Origin: Sphingobacteriia bacterium
GTDB lineage: Bacteria > Bacteroidota > Bacteroidia > Bacteroidales > UBA7960
DNA length: 64,000 nucleotides
Direction of reading: 5' to 3'
Assembly: GCA_011390575.1 (NCBI GenBank)
Contig: JAABSE010000011.1
Span: forward strand, 102 to 64,101
A program made the position numbers and the translations under genes. Below, one piece after another: positions 18,974 through 27,418 of this stretch. Numbering within the stretch: the first letter of the stretch is position 1; the number at the start of each line of letters is the position of its first letter. The notes under the pieces were generated by a model. That model had not been told where the DNA came from. It saw only the letters and a list, made by a program, of their open reading frames with translations, and searched no databases.

Positions 18974-21900
18974 TTATGGGTTTTCCGTGGTGCTTTCCTG
19001 ATCATCTTCTTCGGTTACGAATGTTTTCTTTTTGGATGCAATGAAGGTATACAGTGCCGGGATGATAAACAAAGTGAGAACAAGAGAAAACAGCAATCCT
19101 CCGATAATTACCACTCCCATAGGAATGCGGCTGTTGGATGTTCCCCCGAGAGAAATAACCAGCGGAAGCGCTCCAAGGGCCGTTGCCAGGCTGGTCATGA
19201 TAATGGGTCGGATTCTTTCTGCCGCAGCGTCCATAACTGCCTCCATACGCTCCATTCCTTCCAGCCGTTTCTGGTTGGCAAATTCCACAATCAAAATCCC
19301 GTTCTTGGTAACAATCCCCACAAGTACAATCATCCCAATCTGGCTGAAAATATTGATGGTTTGCCCAAAGACCCACAAAGAGAGCAATGCTCCGGTAAGG
19401 GCAAGAGGAACGGTAAACATGATGGTCAGCGGATCCCTGAAGCTTTCAAACTGGGCTGCCAGGGTCAGGTAAATGAGAATGAGGGCAAATAGAAATACCA
19501 GCAACAGGTTGTCTGCACTTTCGGTGTAATCGGCTGATGTTCCGGTAAGTGCGGTAAAGAAACTATCATCCAGTACTTTTGCAGCGATTTCATCCATGGC
19601 ATCTAAACCATCGCCCAGGGTATAACCAGGTGCAGTGGAGGCAGAGATGGTGGCAGATGAATACCGGTTGAAGCGCAAAAGTTGAGGCGGGAGACTTTCC
19701 TGCCGGAATCGCACGACCGTTTCCAGAGATACCATTTCTCCGGATTCTGTTCGCACCCGGATGTCCGAGATGCTTTCGGGTGTGGCCCGCTGGTGTCTTT
19801 CTGCCTGCGCGATAACAAAATACTGCTTCCCGTCACGAATGAAAAAGCCCGCCCGTTGTTCACTGAAGTATGTTTGCAGGGTTTCCGCGATATCTCTTAC
19901 GCTGATGCCCATATCAAACGCCTTTTCGCGATCAATATCCAGCACCAGTTCAGGTTTGGTAAAACGCAGATCTACATCCACCACATCAAAGGCGGGATGC
20001 TGTCGGGCTTCACTCAGAAACTCCGGCAGATATTCTTCCAGTTTCTGAAGATTGGGTGCCTGCAAAACGTATTGTACCGGTAAGGCTCTTCCTCCTCCTG
20101 TTCCTCCGCTGATAGTAGGTTGTTGCACCACAAAACTGTTGGCCAGATTATACCTGGCAAGATAGGGGCGAAGTTCATTGGCCAGCTCCATCTGGGTTCT
20201 GTTGCGCTCATTGGGGGGGGCAAGCATAAGGCGAATGAATCCCGTGTTGACCGAAACAGAGGCTCCGAAGCCGGGAGAAGTTACCGACAACAGGTAGTCC
20301 ACTTCGGGCAAGGTATCAAGGAGCTCAATCAACTGAAGCTGATATTCATCCATCATTTCATAGGACAGCCCTTCGGGAGCGGTGCTGATGATGGTCATGG
20401 CGCTTTTGTCATCCAGTGGGGCAAGTTCTGTTGGCAGATTGGTAAACAGAAGGAATACTCCCACAGCCATAACAATTACGGCAGGGAAAGACCAAACCCG
20501 GTATCGCATAAACCTTTTCAACCAGCCGGGATAGCGGGTCAGAATATAATCAATGGGCATTCTTACATATCTCAAAAACCGGTATTCCTGCTTTGACTTT
20601 GTAAGCATTCTTGACGAAAGCATAACAGTAAAGGTCAGGGAAATAAAAGTAGAGATGATAACCGCTCCTGATACTACCATGGCAAATTCCCTGAAAAGCC
20701 GACCGGTAAGCCCCTGCATGAAAAAGATGGGGAGAAAAACGCTGACAAGGGTCACGGTGGTGGCAATGATGGCAAAAAATACCTGCCGGGCACCTTTGAA
20801 GGCTGCCTGGATGGGTTTCATCCCCTGTTCAATTTTGGCATAGATGTTTTCCATCATAACGATGGCATCATCTACTACCAGACCTGTAGCCAGCAGCAGT
20901 CCCAGCAAGGTAAGTACGTTGATGGAAAAACCTGACATGTATAAAAAAGCAAAACTTCCCAGCAAGGAAATAGGGATAGTAATAATGGGGATGAAAGTGG
21001 TTCGGAAACTTCTCAAAAAAACAAAGATGATGAGCAATACCAACAGGAATGCAACAAAAATGGTATATTGCACGTCCCGTATGGAACGCCTGATGCTGCT
21101 GGTAATATCCAGACCTACCCCAATAGTAATATCGTCAGGTATTTCCTGCTGCATTTGTTCCACCCTTCGCTGCGCTTCATCTACAATTTCGATAAAATTG
21201 GACCCGGGTTGCGGTTGCATAGCAACTCCCACCATGGGTATAGCATTGTTTCCCCGCAGGATGGATTTCTCATTTTGTGCCCCCAGCACTGCTCTCCCCA
21301 CATCCTTCAGACGAATCAGGGTGTTGTCGCGCCGGGCGATAATCAGGTTGTCATATTCTTCTTCTGTGTTGAGGCGTCCATAGGTTTGAATAGTAATATA
21401 GGTTCTGTCTCCTTCAACCTGACCGGAGGGGAGTTCCACATTCTGACTGCTGAGCGCATTGCGGATATCGGCAGGGGTGATGTTAAAGGCATCCATTTTT
21501 TCCACGTCCAGAATAAGGCGCATGGCATACCTTTTTTGCCCCCATATATTGATTTGGCTGACTCCTTCAATGGTTTGCAGACGCTCAGCAAAAACATTAT
21601 CGGCAATTTCTGTCAGTTCCAGCAGACTTCGCTGGTCGCTGGAAAGAGTAACTGTATAAATGGTTTGTGCATCGGCATCAGCCTTGGAAACAATGGGTGG
21701 GTCTGCATCAGGAGGAAGGTTGCGCACTGCCTGGGCAACACGGTCACGCACATCATTGGCGGCATTGTCAAGGTTACGGCCCAGCTCAAACTCTACGGTA
21801 ATTGTGCTGCGCCCGGTGGAAGAGATAGAGCTTATCCTTTTGATACCATCTACCCGGTTTACCGATTCTTCGAGGGGTTCGGTAATCTGAGATTCGATAA

Positions 21901-22072
21901 TCTGGGCGTTGGCACCGGTGTAGTCTGTTCGCACAGTTATAATGGGTGGATCAACACTGGGATATTCCCGAACTCCGAGACTGAAGAATGCCACCAGTCC
22001 GAAAATTACAATGGCAATGGCAAATACACTGGCCAGTACCGGTCTTTTAATACTTATATCGGATAAAGTCAT
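18974..22072 (-). CDS. RND (AcrB/HAE1-type) efflux permease
   Basis: 1032 aa starting MTLSDISIKRPVLASVFAIAI... with two large periplasmic loops and 12 TM segments. It overlaps the adaptor gene by 4 nt (ATGA). Confidence 0.95.
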   Translation of the reverse strand: MTLSDISIKRPVLASVFAIAIVIFGLVAFFSLGVREYPSVDPPIITVRTDYTGANAQIIESQITEPLEESVNRVDGIKRISSISSTGRSTITVEFELGRNLDNAANDVRDRVAQAVRNLPPDADPPIVSKADADAQTIYTVTLSSDQRSLLELTEIADNVFAERLQTIEGVSQINIWGQKRYAMRLILDVEKMDAFNITPADIRNALSSQNVELPSGQVEGDRTYITIQTYGRLNTEEEYDNLIIARRDNTLIRLKDVGRAVLGAQNEKSILRGNNAIPMVGVAMQPQPGSNFIEIVDEAQRRVEQMQQEIPDDITIGVGLDITSSIRRSIRDVQYTIFVAFLLVLLIIFVFLRSFRTTFIPIITIPISLLGSFAFLYMSGFSINVLTLLGLLLATGLVVDDAIVMMENIYAKIEQGMKPIQAAFKGARQVFFAIIATTVTLVSVFLPIFFMQGLTGRLFREFAMVVSGAVIISTFISLTFTVMLSSRMLTKSKQEYRFLRYVRMPIDYILTRYPGWLKRFMRYRVWSFPAVIVMAVGVFLLFTNLPTELAPLDDKSAMTIISTAPEGLSYEMMDEYQLQLIELLDTLPEVDYLLSVTSPGFGASVSVNTGFIRLMLAPPNERNRTQMELANELRPYLARYNLANSFVVQQPTISGGTGGGRALPVQYVLQAPNLQKLEEYLPEFLSEARQHPAFDVVDVDLRFTKPELVLDIDREKAFDMGISVRDIAETLQTYFSEQRAGFFIRDGKQYFVIAQAERHQRATPESISDIRVRTESGEMVSLETVVRFRQESLPPQLLRFNRYSSATISASTAPGYTLGDGLDAMDEIAAKVLDDSFFTALTGTSADYTESADNLLLVFLFALILIYLTLAAQFESFRDPLTIMFTVPLALTGALLSLWVFGQTINIFSQIGMIVLVGIVTKNGILIVEFANQKRLEGMERMEAVMDAAAERIRPIIMTSLATALGALPLVISLGGTSNSRIPMGVVIIGGLLFSLVLTLFIIPALYTFIASKKKTFVTEEDDQESTTENP

Positions 22073-23142
22073 TGGCCGGCCTCCTGGTTTAGTTTCCTGA
22101 CCTGAACCTCGCTGCCATCACGAATACCCATTAAACCAGTAAGCATAATGGTGTCTCCTTCCTGCAATCCATCAAGGATGTTGACTCTGCCACGGGTTGA
22201 AGTGCCGATTTCAACCTCACGACGCTGTGCTTTTCCCTCGCGCACAAGGTACACTACCTGGGCATTCAATTCGGAGATGATGGATTCTGTGGGGATGAGA
22301 ATGGCATTATCATTTTCTTCAACATCCAGAATTACACGGGCAAAGTCGCCGGGGATAAACTTTTGCTCACCATTGTCCAGAATGCCCCTCAGCCTGAGGT
22401 TGCGGGTGTTGGCATTGATAACCGGATCCAGTGCATAAACTTTTGCAAAAGTAGTATCGGCAGAAGAAGATGAAATAACCATGACTTCCATTCCCTGAGC
22501 GGCCACTGCGGAATAACGTGCCGGAATATCAAAATTTATTTTTAGTTGCTGGTTTTGTACCAGCTTGGTAATCATTTCTCCCTGAGACATATACGCTCCG
22601 GGGCTGAAGTCTCTCATTCCCAGGGTTCCGCTGAATGGAGCCCTGATGTTTGCCAGTTCAATGCGTACCTGCAGTTCTTCGATGCGGGCTTCCAGATCGC
22701 TCACTGTGGCAAGAGCCTGATCTACACTCTCCTGGCTGGCACCCTCAATCTCGAGCAACCTGTTTCTGCGGTCCAGTTCACTTTGGGCAGAAACCAGTTG
22801 CGCCTCCAGCCCCTTTTTCTGTGCCTGCCATGTGCGGCTGTCGATCTCGACCAGCAAGGCCCCTTTCTGCACATATTCTCCTTCGTTGAAAAGAATCCTG
22901 AGAACATTTCCTGCCACCGGTGTTCTTAATTCAACAGATTCATAGGGCATCAATTCGCCGGTAGAGCGGATGGTGATGGTGTGTGGCTCGGGTTCTATCC
23001 GGTATCCTTCAACGCTGGTGGCACGGGAACCCTGCCGGGAGGAATCCTTATCAGACGAGCAGGATATCATCAGAATTCCAACAAGAAAGAGCCATTGGAA
23101 CAGAAGGGTTTTGGATTTATAAAAAAAAGGATTTTTTGACAT
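22069..23142 (-). CDS. RND efflux periplasmic adaptor (membrane-fusion protein)
   Basis: Lipoprotein signal (...ILMISCSS). Coiled-coil hairpin and lipoyl-like motif (...VSDLEARIEELQVRIELANIRAPFSGTLG...). Confidence 0.9.
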   Translation of the reverse strand: MSKNPFFYKSKTLLFQWLFLVGILMISCSSDKDSSRQGSRATSVEGYRIEPEPHTITIRSTGELMPYESVELRTPVAGNVLRILFNEGEYVQKGALLVEIDSRTWQAQKKGLEAQLVSAQSELDRRNRLLEIEGASQESVDQALATVSDLEARIEELQVRIELANIRAPFSGTLGMRDFSPGAYMSQGEMITKLVQNQQLKINFDIPARYSAVAAQGMEVMVISSSSADTTFAKVYALDPVINANTRNLRLRGILDNGEQKFIPGDFARVILDVEENDNAILIPTESIISELNAQVVYLVREGKAQRREVEIGTSTRGRVNILDGLQEGDTIMLTGLMGIRDGSEVQVRKLNQEAGQ

Positions 23143-23304
23143 TGCCTAAAGGGTTTTATGTTTAAGGTTTGGTATTATGTTTCGAAAAATGTGTTCTTTT
23201 TCGAAAAGCAATGTGTAACCCCGGGGTTTTGCATTGCTCATTTAAACACCCTATTAAACATCCCTGATGGCAGATGGTTTACAGACAAAAATATTTTTTA
23301 ACAC

Positions 23305-23741
23305 TATAATAATGTCAACCCTTCGGGTTTGAAGGTAGTGCGAGGTAATAACTGTGCTATAATCCTGTCAGCCCTTCGGGCTTTTGAATGAGGGGGATAA
23401 TAATTTTGCTAAAATCCTAACAGCCCTTGGGGCTTTGTGGATCTAAAATATCATGGCCTGCTCATAACCAATATAGCTGAAGGGATGAATTATAACAACT
23501 TTGTGAGGCTAAACTCTTTCGGCATTTATTAGCACCCAATAATCCCGAAAGGATGACACTATTATAGAATTACGGGTTATGAAATACAACCCCAATCCCG
23601 AAGGGATGAGAATTATAGCAACTTTGTGAGGCTAAACTCTTTCGGCATTTATCAGCACCCAATAATCCCGAAAGGATGACAATATTATAGAAATACAGGT
23701 TATGAAATACAACCCCAATCCCGAAGGGATGACATTATTAT
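23305..23741. repeat. cluster of 8 copies of a REP-like core TATAAT-N2-3-TGTCA-N-CCCTTCGGG, 3 forward then 5 reverse-complement
   Basis: Forward cores at 23305-23327, 23358-23380 and 23410-23432 (degenerate). Reverse cores (CCCGAA[AG]GGATGA...ATTATA) at 23477-23495 (degenerate), 23544-23566, 23597-23617, 23667-23689 and 23720-23741. Spacing is ~52-53 or 67-70 bp. Confidence 0.85.
23496..23741. repeat. 2 x 123-bp tandem duplication inside the repeat cluster
   Basis: Unit 1 is 23496-23618 and unit 2 is 23619-23741, both starting caactttgtgaggctaaactctttcggcatttat. Hand alignment gives about 9 mismatches in 123, concentrated in the last 12 nt. Confidence 0.9.
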
Positions 23742-23753
23742 TAGTGCAATGTA

Positions 23754-24473
23754 TTATACACTGCGTGAGGGTAGAAACTTCCATACAGTAACCACAGCCA
23801 TGACGCCTATGGCCAGGTATGCCGCAATAACAATAGCAGGATGATTGCCGGTTTGTCTGATAACAATACCAGCGAAAGCCCAAATGACTGCCAGACCCAC
23901 AAACGGATTGTTTAATCTTACCAGTGCTGCGGTGGTAATCAGCAATCCTGCAGCAATCATTATAATGGCCCAGGTTTGCTCAGAGATACCCCATCCTCCC
24001 CAGTTTGAGGCCACCAGTATGGCTGTAACATTCGCTATGGTAGCAATGCAAATCCAGCCCAGGTAAATGCCAAAAGCTGCTTTTATTAATCCCGGTGGAA
24101 TATGCTGAATCCTTGTGCCGATAAATACAAGACTTGCCAGTATAATTAGCATGAACAGTAGGGAAAGGGATAGTTTTTCGTAATGCCATGCCACAATCCA
24201 CAATGCATTGAAAAGGCTGCTTATGGCAAATGCCCATCCGATGGCTTCTATTACCTGTTGGTTGCTCTGGCGAAACTGAATTACAACAAATATCAAAAGA
24301 AGCAGGTATATGATACCCCAGATGGAAAAAGTGATTCCGGCAGGGACAAAAAGATTGGGATATTGAGCCGAGAGTTCTCCGGTGGTTTTGTCATTCAAGG
24401 GCAAAGCATTGGCCAGGTAGTTCAATCCTATCATCAGGCCGAATAAAACGAGGTTTACAATCTTCAGGTTCAT
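23754..24473 (-). CDS. TspO/MBR-related tryptophan-rich membrane protein (long form)
   Basis: 239 aa with ~7 hydrophobic helices. Trp-rich, N-terminal pattern ...LNYLANALPLNDKTTGELSAQYPNLFVPAGITFSIWGIIY... as in proteins annotated tryptophan-rich sensory protein. Confidence 0.55.
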   Translation of the reverse strand: MNLKIVNLVLFGLMIGLNYLANALPLNDKTTGELSAQYPNLFVPAGITFSIWGIIYLLLLIFVVIQFRQSNQQVIEAIGWAFAISSLFNALWIVAWHYEKLSLSLLFMLIILASLVFIGTRIQHIPPGLIKAAFGIYLGWICIATIANVTAILVASNWGGWGISEQTWAIIMIAAGLLITTAALVRLNNPFVGLAVIWAFAGIVIRQTGNHPAIVIAAYLAIGVMAVVTVWKFLPSRSV

Positions 24474-24622
24474 AGGCGCAGGTTTTTATCCTGCTAAGAT
24501 AAAGTCTTTTCCTTCTTCAACCCTCATCTTTATAAAATGATTCTGTAATTTTTGATGCATTTTTAAGCCCGGGCCTTTGCGGTAAAAGGGAAAAGTAACT
24601 GAAACAAGCGATGGGGGTGGCT

Positions 24623-25156
24623 TTATATTTCCTTTTTTAAAGTCCACTGGTTGTTGATAAATGAAACTTCAGACAGGTGTTTTTCTGTTTCGTCAAATTG
24701 GAGTGTAAGATCCGGGGTGCCGGCTGGTCCCTTTTCTGAAGGGGTTCCTCTTCGGGTAAAAATGTGCAGGCCGGGTTGAAAATATTGCGCCAGTCCACCC
24801 GACTCGCATATTACTGGTGTAGTGGGTGGAATGAACTGCTGAAGGCTTTCTGCCGCTGCCTGCAAGGCTTCTCTTTTACAGAATACAACCAGCACATGGG
24901 TGGCGCCGGCTTGGAGAAAACGTGAGCTGTCTTTGTCTTTATCGGCATAGATTTCGCGAAAAATCACAAAATCCTCCTGCTTTTCCAGCAGTGGAAGCTC
25001 ATAGTCGACAGCATGAAAATGGGGCGAAATTTTAACGGCAGCTATCTTGTGCTCCCTGAACGCACTGATGAGCCGGCAAACCAGTGTGGTTTTTCCGGAG
25101 TTTTGTCCGCTCCCGGAAACAAGCAAAAAATTAGGCAGTTGCTTCATGGGGAGCAA
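24623..25156 (-). CDS. MobB-like P-loop NTPase
   Basis: Walker A GSGQNSGKTT near the N-terminus, followed by ...VKISPHFH... and ...DSSRFLQAGA... This parallels E. coli MobB (GTGKTT ... IKHTHH ... DSYELRKAGA). Confidence 0.45.
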   Translation of the reverse strand: MLPMKQLPNFLLVSGSGQNSGKTTLVCRLISAFREHKIAAVKISPHFHAVDYELPLLEKQEDFVIFREIYADKDKDSSRFLQAGATHVLVVFCKREALQAAAESLQQFIPPTTPVICESGGLAQYFQPGLHIFTRRGTPSEKGPAGTPDLTLQFDETEKHLSEVSFINNQWTLKKEI

Positions 25157-25172
25157 AATTAGCTTTTTTGAC

Positions 25173-26834
25173 TTAATCTTCCCTCAGGTCACTGCTTTCT
25201 TCGCGAATGGCCCTGAACTCAGTACCCTCTTCCCATTGAGGCCACTTTCTGCTGTTGGCTAATTCTTTTCCGGTATTGAAAAACAGCCAGAGATTCTGAT
25301 CCAGGCCTTTCCAGTCCCACATATCGTGAATGATGTCTTCCGTTGAATGGTACCTGCTTTCCTGATCTTCCAGTACCTGTTCTGCAAAACGTTCGTTTCG
25401 GCCTGAAAAATCGGTTCCACTGTTGGCATAAATCATAGGCACACCCTGTTTGACAAAGTTAAAATGGTCTGAACGGTAAAAATATCCTCTTTCCGGATAG
25501 CGCTCTCGTATCAGTACCCGGTTTTGCTTGTCAGCTTGTTGCTTCAAAATGTTTTGAAAATCAGTAGAACCATAACCGATAACCACGATATCACGGGTAG
25601 GACCATAAACGTTCAGCCCATCGATATTTATTCCTCCTGCTGTGGTTTCTAAAGGGAAAAGTGGGTTTAGTGAGTAGTATTGTGAGCCAATAAGTCCAGA
25701 TTCTTCGGCGGTAACAGCAATAAAAACCACCGTTCTTTCAGGGGCAGGATTCATTTGGGCAAATTTTTTGGCAATGACCATGATGGCAGCTGTCCCGGTA
25801 GCATTGTCTATGGCTCCGTTATAAATTCGTACTTCATCATCATCTGTAACCGTTTTGCCAAGGTGATCCCAGTGGGCCATATAGATGACCGTTTCATCAG
25901 GGTATTTGCTCCCTTTCACATAACCGGCAATGTTGGCTGATTCCGATTCAATGTAAGTAAGGTTGAAATTTACTGATGCTTTCAGGTCCAGGTCAATGGG
26001 TTCAAAATCCTGGTTGAGTGCCCTTTGTTTTAAGTCCTCCAACTCAAATCCTGCCAGTTCCATCAAGGCTTCGGCTGATTCTTTGTGGAGCCAGCCTTCC
26101 ACTTGTGCGGCGGGTTCTCCGTTGTTGCCTCCCATCTTATACTGCGGACCAGACCACGAGTTTTTTACCACATCCCAGCCATAACCGGCAGGACCTGTTT
26201 CGTGGATGATCAATACTCCTGCTGCTCCTTGCCGGGCGGCTTCCTCATATTTATAGGTCCACCTGCCGTAATAGGTCATCGCAAACCCGTTAAACAGGTT
26301 GTCATCCTTCAATTCGTATCCGGGATCGTTGACAAGCACAATCACCGTTTTGCCTTTCACATCAAGACCTTTATAGTCATTCCAGTTGTATTCGGGAGCT
26401 ACAATGCCATAGCCCGCAAAAACCAATTCGCTTTTGTCAAGATAAATACTGTCTGTAAGTTGAGAAGACCCAACCATCATTTGATCAAAATAGGAAAAGG
26501 ATAATTCGTTGATGGTGTCTGCAATGGTAAGGGCAGAAAAATTCCGTCCTGTTATTTCAACCAGGGGAACAGATTGTCTGAAGCTGCCGTTGTTGGCTGG
26601 TTTTAATCCCATTCTTCTGAATTCGGCTTCGATAAAAGCTTTGGTCTTTTTACCCCCGGGGGTGGTAGGAGCCCGTCCTTCAAAATTATCGGAAGATAAG
26701 GTTTCAACAAAATGTTTGTATCGGTCGCTGAAAACGGGAATTTCAACTTCCTCCCGGTTGTTGCATGCAGTAAAAATCAGTGCTAAGGTAAATGACAATA
26801 GCAATGTCGGAATAAATCTTCTTGAGAGGTTCAT
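25173..26834 (-). CDS. M28-family aminopeptidase lipoprotein with PA domain
   Basis: Start at the ATG at 26834 (MNLSRRFIPTLLLSFTLALIFTAC). Motifs are ...HWDHLG..., ...GAIDNATGTAAIM..., ...AVTAEESGLIGSQYY... and ...YHSTEDI... Confidence 0.85.
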   Translation of the reverse strand: MNLSRRFIPTLLLSFTLALIFTACNNREEVEIPVFSDRYKHFVETLSSDNFEGRAPTTPGGKKTKAFIEAEFRRMGLKPANNGSFRQSVPLVEITGRNFSALTIADTINELSFSYFDQMMVGSSQLTDSIYLDKSELVFAGYGIVAPEYNWNDYKGLDVKGKTVIVLVNDPGYELKDDNLFNGFAMTYYGRWTYKYEEAARQGAAGVLIIHETGPAGYGWDVVKNSWSGPQYKMGGNNGEPAAQVEGWLHKESAEALMELAGFELEDLKQRALNQDFEPIDLDLKASVNFNLTYIESESANIAGYVKGSKYPDETVIYMAHWDHLGKTVTDDDEVRIYNGAIDNATGTAAIMVIAKKFAQMNPAPERTVVFIAVTAEESGLIGSQYYSLNPLFPLETTAGGINIDGLNVYGPTRDIVVIGYGSTDFQNILKQQADKQNRVLIRERYPERGYFYRSDHFNFVKQGVPMIYANSGTDFSGRNERFAEQVLEDQESRYHSTEDIIHDMWDWKGLDQNLWLFFNTGKELANSRKWPQWEEGTEFRAIREESSDLRED

Positions 26835-26895
26835 AAACAGATATTTTGTTAACACAAAAGATAGAAACAAAAATACCCGGGTAATGTTGACCTGC

Positions 26896-27246
26896 TCATG
26901 AAATGAGTTGCATTGTGTCCGGTAATTTTGCGGCAGCCAGCTGGCTTAAGGGGATGGTTCGTCTGAGGTAGATGCTCCGGGTATCGTGCCAGGGCTGGAG
27001 TGCTCCTCGCTCAAAACGGGTGTCGTAACTGGGGTCGTTGAGTCTTTGACGCAACGGCACAGGTACAATGAGAGTATCTCCGGAGCTTTCTTCCGGCTTT
27101 TCTGTTTTTACGGGTGTTTTTTCGGGATTGTCAGCATACAGGTTGACCGGTGTGTAAGCCATCATGGCTGTGAAAACGATGATGGCTATCACAGAAAACT
27201 TTAAAACTCCAGATATTTGGGCTATAAATTTTTCCATTCCGGACAA
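26896..27246 (-). CDS. hypothetical single-pass membrane protein
   Basis: 116 aa with one TM helix (VLKFSVIAIIVFTAMMAY). It lies immediately upstream of the M28 gene on the same strand. Confidence 0.4.
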   Translation of the reverse strand: MSGMEKFIAQISGVLKFSVIAIIVFTAMMAYTPVNLYADNPEKTPVKTEKPEESSGDTLIVPVPLRQRLNDPSYDTRFERGALQPWHDTRSIYLRRTIPLSQLAAAKLPDTMQLIS

Positions 27247-27332
27247 TTGTTTTTTGTCGCACTTTGTACATTACAAATGTAATGATTTTTAGTAAAGTTT
27301 GCATATCAGAACATTAGAGATTTTTCCAAAAT

Positions 27333-27361
27333 AAAAAAGGGTGCCAGAAAAACCGGCACCC
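27333..27361 (-). terminator. intrinsic terminator of the 1160-aa gene
   Basis: Stem gggtgcc / ggcaccc (27339-27345 / 27355-27361). The A-run at 27333-27338 is a U-tract on the minus strand. Confidence 0.65.
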
Positions 27362-27382
27362 TTTAACTACTTCTTTAAACTC

Positions 27383-27418
27383 AAGCTTAGCCTTAGCCTA
27401 AGCCTCAGCCTAATCCTT
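27383..27418. repeat. hexanucleotide microsatellite (AGCCTN)x6 spanning the stop codon of the 1160-aa gene
   Basis: The sequence reads aagctt agcctt agccta agcctc agccta atcctt. The stop codon (27410-27412) lies in unit 5. Confidence 0.8.

Noticed and set aside
19032-22066. Series of long plus-strand ORFs (up to 332 aa, e.g. 21068-22066, 20844-21383, 20120-20596) opposite the RND permease gene
   Set aside because: They are mirror-frame ORFs of a long, compositionally biased membrane gene. Their translations are low-complexity (Ser/Arg/Gly/Ile-rich) with no motifs, and the minus-strand AcrB-type protein is unambiguous.
23477-23500. CTGAAGG / GAAA strings checked as a hammerhead ribozyme core
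   Set aside because: The sequence does not match CUGANGA, and no three-stem arrangement around it could be drawn.
23305-23741. The repeat cluster considered as a CRISPR array
   Set aside because: The cores are only ~22 nt and degenerate. Spacing is irregular (52-70 bp), copies occur in both orientations, the 'spacers' themselves are duplicated (123-bp tandem unit), and no cas genes are present.
23305-23741. The TATAAT hexamers in every repeat unit considered as promoter -10 boxes
   Set aside because: Bacteroidota primary sigma factor recognises TAnnTTTG/-33 TTTG rather than TATAAT/TTGACA. No properly spaced -35 partner lies on the same strand.
23632-23883. 83-aa minus-strand ORF crossing the repeat units and overlapping the TspO-like gene end
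   Set aside because: Its translation is the typical artefact of reading through REP-like repeats (..IILSSFRDYWVLINAERV), and it overlaps a better gene.
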